From contig OZ024743.1 of assembly GCA_964016885.1 (NCBI GenBank), positions 140,616,001-140,680,000 of the forward strand: DNA of 64,000 nucleotides, given 5' to 3'. The notes under the pieces were generated by a model. It was given only the letters and a program-made list of their open reading frames with translations. It did not search any database and was not told the DNA's origin. This document shows, one piece after another, positions 58,101 to 64,000 of the stretch (position 1 is the first letter of the stretch; every line of letters starts with the position of its first letter). The position numbers and the translations under genes were made by a program. This stretch comes from Eledone cirrhosa (Eukaryota).

Positions 58101-61100
58101 ACCAAGCACCGAGCACCAAACACCAAGAACCAAGCACCAAGCACTAAACACCAAACACCAAGCACCAAGCACCAAACACCAAACACCAAGCACCAAACAC
58201 CAAACAGCAAACGCCAAAAAGCAAACGCCAAACCCCATATGCCAAACGGCAAATGCCAAACTCCAAACGCCAAACAGCAAACGCCAGGCACCAAACACCA
58301 AACACCAAGCGCCAAGCACCAAACACCAAACACCAAGCACCAAGCACCAAACACCAAACACCAAGCACCAATCACCAAACACCAAGCACCAAGCGCCAAG
58401 CACCAAACACCAAACACCTAGCACCAAGCACCAAGCACCAAACACCAAACACCAAACACCAATCACCAAGCCCCAAGCACCAAACACCAAGCACCAAGCA
58501 CCAAACACCAAACACCAAGCACCAAGCACCAAGGACCAAGCACCAAACACCAAGCACCAAGCACCGAGCACCAAACACCAAGAACCAAGCACCAAGCACT
58601 AAACACCAAACACCAAGCACCAAGCACCAAACACCAAACACCAAGCACCAAGTACAAAACTCCAAACACCAAACACCAAGCACCAAGCACCAAATCCCAA
58701 GCACCAAACACCAAGCACCAATCACCAAACACCAAACACCAAGCACCAAGCACCAAACTCCAAAAACCAAGCACCAAGCACCAAGCACCAAACACCAAAC
58801 GCCAAACACCAAACACCAAGTACCAAGCACCAAACACCAAGCACCAAGCGCCAAAGACCAAACACCAAGCACCAAGCACGAAACACCAAGCACCAAGCAC
58901 CGAGCACCAAACACCAAGTACCAAGCACCAATCACCAAACACCAAGCACCAAGCACCAAACACCAAACACCAAGCACCAAGCACCAAGCATCAAGCACCA
59001 AGCACCAAACACCAACCACCAAGCACCAAACACCAAACACAAAACAACAAGTACCAAGCACCAAACACCAAACACCAAACACCAAACACCAAGCACCAAG
59101 CACAAGACACCAAGCACCAAGCACCAAGCACCAAGCACCAAGCACCAAAAACCAAGCACCAAGCTCCAAGCACCAAACACCAAGCACCAAACACCAAACA
59201 CCAAGCACCAAGCACCAAACACCAAGCACCAAGCGCCAAACACCAAACACCAAGCACCAAGCACCAAACACCAAGCACCAACCACCAAGCACCAAACACC
59301 AAGCACCAAGCACCAAGCACCAAGCACCAAGCACCAAACACCAAGCACCAAGCACCAAACAGCAAACACCAAGCACCAAACACCAAACACCAAGCACCAA
59401 GCAACAAACACCAAACACCAAGCACCAAACACCAAGCACCAAGCCCCAAGCACGAAACACCAAGCACCAAGCACGAAACACCAAGCACCAAGCACCAAGC
59501 ACCATGCACCAAACACCAAGCACCAAGCACCAAACAGCAAACACCAAACAGCAAACACCAAACAGCAAACACCAAACAGCAAACACCAAACAGCAAACAC
59601 CAAACAGCAAACGCCAAACCCAAACGCCAAACAGCAAACGCCAAGCACAAAACACCAAACACCAAGCGCCAAGCACCAAACACCAAACACCAAGCACCAA
59701 GCACCAAACACCAAGCACCAAGTACCAAACACCAAACACCAAGCACCAAACACCAAACAGCAAACGCAAAAAAGCAAACGCCAAACTCCATACGCCAAAC
59801 AGCAAATGCCAAACCCCAAATGCCAAACGGCAAACGCCAAGCACCAAACACCAAACACCAAGCGCCAAGCACCAAACACCAAACACCAAGCACCAAGCAC
59901 CAAACACCAAACACCAAGCACCAATCACCAAACACCAAACACCAAGCGCCAAACACCAAACACCAAACACCTATCACCAAGCACCGAGCACCAAACACCA
60001 AGTACCAAGCACCAATCACCAAACACCAAGCACCAAGCACCAAACACCAAACACCAAGCACCAAGCACCAAGCATCAAGCACCCAGCACCAAACACCAAA
60101 CACCAAGCACCAAGCACCCAGAACAAAGCACCAAGCACCAAACACCAAACACCAAGCTCCAAGCACCAAACACCAAACACCAAGCACCAAGCACCAAACA
60201 GCAAACAGCAAACAGCAAACACCAAACAGCAAACACCAAACAGCAAACACCAAACACCAAGCACCAAGCACCAAACACCATACGCCAAACACCAAACACC
60301 AAGCACCAAGCACCAAACACCAAGCACCAAGCACCAAAGACCAAACACCAAGCACCAAGCACGAAACACCAAGCACCAAGCACCGAGCACTAAACACCAA
60401 ACACCAAACACCAAGCACCAAGCACCAAACACCAAACACCAAGAACCAAGCACCAAACACCAAATACCAAGCACCAAGCACTAAACACCAAACACCAAGC
60501 ACCAAACACCAAGCACCAAGCACCAAGCACCAAGCACCAAACACAAAACACCAAGTACCAAGCACCAAGCACCAAACACCAAACACCAAACACCAAGCAC
60601 CAAGCACCAAACACCAAACACCAAGCACCAAGCACCAGAGACCAAGCACCAAGCACCAAGGACCAAACACCAAACACCAAACACCAGGCACAAAGCACCA
60701 AACACCAAGCACCAAGCACCAAAAACCAAAGACCAAGCACAAAGCACCAAAGAGCAAAAACAAAGCACCAAGCACCAAACACCAAACACCAAACACCAAA
60801 GAGCAAACACCAAACACCAAATAGCAAACACCAAAGGGCAAACTCCAAACACCAAACAGCAAACACAAAACACCAAACAGCAAACAACAAACAGCAAACA
60901 GCAAACAGCAAACAGCAAACACCAAACACCAAGCACCAAGCACCAAGCACCAAACACCAACACCAAGCACCAAGCACCAAACACCAAGCACCAAGCACCA
61001 AACACCAAACACCAAGCTCCAAGCACCAAGCACCAAACAACAAACATCAAACAGCAATCACCAAACATCAAACAGCAAACAACAAACACCAAACACCAAA

Positions 61101-64000
61101 CATCAAACACCAAACAGCAAACAACAAACAACAAACGCCAAACATCAAACGCCAAACACCAAACGCCAAATAGCAAACACCAAACCGCAAACACCAAACA
61201 CCAAACAGCAAACACCAAACACCAAACAGCGAACTCCAAACAGCAAACACCAAACAGCAAACAGCAAACAGCAAACACCAAACACCAAACACCAAGCACC
61301 AAACTCCAAACACCAAGCACCAAGCACCAAGCACAAAACACCAAGCACCAAGCGCTAAACATAAAACACTAAGCACCAAGCACCAAGCACCAAGCACCAA
61401 ACACCAAACATCAAACACCAATCACCAAACATCAAACAGCAAACACCAAACACCAAACACCAAACATCAAACACCAAATAGCAAACAACAAACAACAAAC
61501 GCCAAACATCAAACGCCAAACACAAACACCAAATAGCAAACACCAAACCGCAAACACCAAACACCAAACAGCAAACACCAAACACCAAACAGCGAACACC
61601 AAACAGCAAACACCAAACAGCAAACACCAAACACCAAGCACCAAACACCAAACACCAAGCACGAAGCACCAAGCACAAAACACCAAGCACCAAGCACCAA
61701 ACACCAAGCACCAAACACCAAACACCAAGCACCAAGCGCCAAACACCAAGCACCAAGCACCAAGCACGAAACACCAAGCACCAATCACCAAACACCAAAC
61801 ACCAAGCACCAAACACCAAACAGCAAACACCAATCACCAAACACCAAACACCAAACAGCAAACACCAATCACCAAACACCAAACACCAAACACCAAACAG
61901 TAAACACCAAACACCAAACAGCAAACACCAAACACCAAACACCAAACAGCAAACACCAAACACCAAACACCAAACAGCAAACACCAAACAAACAGCAAAC
62001 AGCAAACACCAAGCAGCAAACACCAAACAGCAAACACCAAACACCAAACACCAAATAGCAAACACCAAACAGCAAACACCAAACAGCAAACACCAAACAG
62101 CAAACACCAGACAGCAAACAGCAAACACCAAACACCAAACACCAAGCACCAAGCACCAAACACCAAGCACCAAGCAATAAGCACCAATCACCAAGCACCA
62201 AGCACTAAACACCAAACACCAAGCACCAAGCACCAAGCACCAAACAGCAAGCACCAAGCACCATGCACCAAACGCCAAGCACCAAGCACCAAACACCAAG
62301 CACCAAGCACCAAGCACCAAACACCAAGCACCAAAGACCAAGCACCAAATACCAAGCACCAAGCACCAAACACCAATCACCAAGCACCAAGCACCAAACA
62401 CCAAGAACCAAGCACCAATCACTAAACACCAAACACCAAGCACCAAGCACCAAATACCAAACACCAAGCACCAAGTACCAAACACCAAACACCAAACACC
62501 AAGCACCAAGCACCAAATCCCAAGCACCAAACACCAAGCACCAAGCACCAAACACCAAACACCAAGCACGAAGCACCAAGCATCAAATACCAAACACCAA
62601 ACACCAAGCACCACACATCAAACACCAAGCACGAAGCACCAATCGCCAAGCACCAAGCACCAAGCAATAAACACAAAGCACCAAGCACCAAGCACCAAGC
62701 ACCAAGCACCAAGCACCAAACACCAAGCACCAAGCACCCAACACCAAACACCAATCACCAAGCACCAAAGAGCAAACACGAAGCCCCAAGCACCAAACAC
62801 CCAACACCAAACACCAAACATCAAACACCAATCACGAATCACAAAACACCAAACACCAAACATCAAACACCAATCACGAATCACCAAGCACCAAACACCA
62901 AACACCAAGCACCAAGCACCAAGCACCAAGCACCAAACACCAAGCACCAAGCACCAAGCACCAAACACCAAGCACCAAGCACCAAACACCAAACACCAAG
63001 CACCAAACACCAAGCACCAAACAGCAAGCACCAAGCACCAAGCACCAGACACCAAGCACCAAGCACCAAACACCAAACACCAAGCACCAAGCACTAAACA
63101 CCAAACACCAAGCACCAAGCACCAAGCACCAAGCACCAAGCACCAAACACCAAGCACCAAGCACCAAACAGCAAACACCAAGCACCAAACACCAAACACC
63201 AAGCACCAAGCACCAAACACCAAACACCAAACACCAAGCACCAAGCCCCAAGCACCAAACACCAAGCACCAAGCACCAAACACCAAGCACGAAGCACCAA
63301 GCACCATGCACCAAACACCAAGCACCAAGCACCAAACAGCAAACACCAAACAGCAAACACCAAACACCAAACACCAACCAGCAAACACCAAACACCAAAC
63401 ACCAAACAGCAAACACCAAACAGCAAACACCAAACACCAAACAGCAAATGCCAAAAAGCAAACGCCAAACCCCAAACGCCAAACAGCAAATGCCAAACCC
63501 CAAACGCCAAACAGCAAACGCCAAGCGCCAAACGCCAAACACCAAGTGTCAAGCACCAAACACCAAACACCAAGCACCAAGCACCAAGCACCAAACACCA
63601 AACACCAAGCACCAAGTACCAAACACCAAACACCAAGCACCAAACACCAAACAGCAAACGCCAAAAAGCAAACGCCAAACCCCATACGCCAAACAGCAAA
63701 TGCCAAACCCCAAACGCCAAACAGCAAACGCCAAGCACCAAACACCAAACACCAAGCGCCAAGCACCAAACACCAAACACCAAGCACCAAGCACCAAACA
63801 CCAAACACCAAGCACCAATCACCAAACACCAAGCACCAAGCGCCAAGCACCAAACACCAAACACCTAGCACCAAGCACCAAGCACCAAACACCAAGTACC
63901 AAACACCAATCACCAAGCCCCAAGCACCAAACACCAAGCGCCAAGCACCAAACACCAAACACCAAGCACCAAGCACCCAGAACCAAGCACCAAGCACCAA

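Larger units (their letters stand above)
1..64000 (+). repeat. Heptamer tandem satellite, consensus CACCAAR (CACCAAG/CACCAAA), about 9,100 monomers, extending past both window edges
   Basis: Every line parses into 7-mers CACCAAG/CACCAAA or 1-3 substitution variants (CAGCAAA, CACCAAT, CATCAAA, CGCCAAA, CCCCAAR, TACCAAR, CACTAAA, CACAAAA). No non-repeat island or strand switch was seen. Monomer count is 64000/7. Confidence 0.99.
44714..64000 (+). repeat. Variable-length HOR units (about 5.3-7.0 kb) sharing a conserved ~1.9-kb core
   Basis: CGCTAAA at 42541/49529/54828/61353 (spacings 6988, 5299, 6525) and CAGTAAA at 50074/55373/61898. ORFs 49531..50790, 54830..56089 and 61355..62614 have identical length. 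Confidence 0.9.

Noticed and set aside
2731-62670. Plus-strand ATG-initiated ORFs (TKHQAPS)n resembling mucin/extensin-like proteins or an RNA polymerase II CTD-like heptad
   Set aside because: The ATGs come from single-base monomer variants (CATCATG, CACCATG, AAA-TGCC). DNA periodicity is 7 rather than 21 with wobble variation, there is no signal peptide or flanking gene structure, and paralogous copies are open in different frames with different lengths.
25-64000. Several hundred minus-strand ORFs encoding (WCLVLGA/WCLVFGV)n that look like membrane proteins
   Set aside because: They overlap in all three frames with the same peptide, start mostly at GTG/TTG codons supplied by the repeat itself, have no unique domain and are duplicated along with the HORs. 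This is a mathematical consequence of a stop-free 7-mer.
1-64000. CRISPR array or other repeat-spacer system
   Set aside because: There are no unique spacers, no constant 23-50 bp repeat at regular spacing and no cas genes. The sequence between landmarks is itself satellite.
1-64000. Cyanobacterial STRR-type heptamer repeats or products of a bacterial defence reverse transcriptase
   Set aside because: STRR tracts are short and lie between genes. Here there is no gene, RT or ncRNA template in 64 kb, and the multi-kb exact duplications indicate chromosomal satellite turnover.
1-64000. Canonical G-quadruplex, hairpin or inverted-repeat structures
   Set aside because: The minus strand has mainly GG doublets, with only scattered GGGG from CCCCAAR variants. 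The near absence of T and scarcity of G on + leaves little self-complementarity, and no inversion was seen.
1-64000. Pure sequencing or synthetic artefact (low-complexity noise)
   Set aside because: Rare variants recur in the same order over kilobases, with consistent mod-7 arithmetic and hierarchical haplotypes, which random error would not produce. Exact HOR copy numbers could still be mis-assembled.

Overview
All 64,000 bases are one uninterrupted, single-orientation 7-bp tandem satellite with consensus CACCAAR (CACCAAG/CACCAAA; minus strand YTTGGTG), about 9,100 monomers. I see no unique sequence, credible gene, RNA gene, transposon or CRISPR array. Every ORF in the track is an expected artefact of a stop-free 7-mer: 7 is coprime with 3, so all three frames read TKHQAPS/TKHQTPN on + and WCLVLGA/WCLVFGV on -. 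The real information lies in the order of variant monomers, which works like a barcode and shows a nested higher-order repeat (HOR) architecture. This includes a 3,645-bp unit, a 1,070-bp duplication, a ~2.72-kb tandem pair, a ~3.95-4.0-kb triplet and 5.3-7-kb variable units, all built by reshuffling the same modules in exact heptamer register. The scale suggests eukaryotic heterochromatin (centromeric, pericentromeric or subtelomeric), but the organism cannot be determined from this sequence. I found no protein-based novel system. The best candidate for something undescribed is the satellite itself, a telomere-like, strand-asymmetric simple repeat with kilobase-scale HOR organisation. All coordinates and counts were obtained by eye and from ORF-track offsets, so boundaries are approximate.
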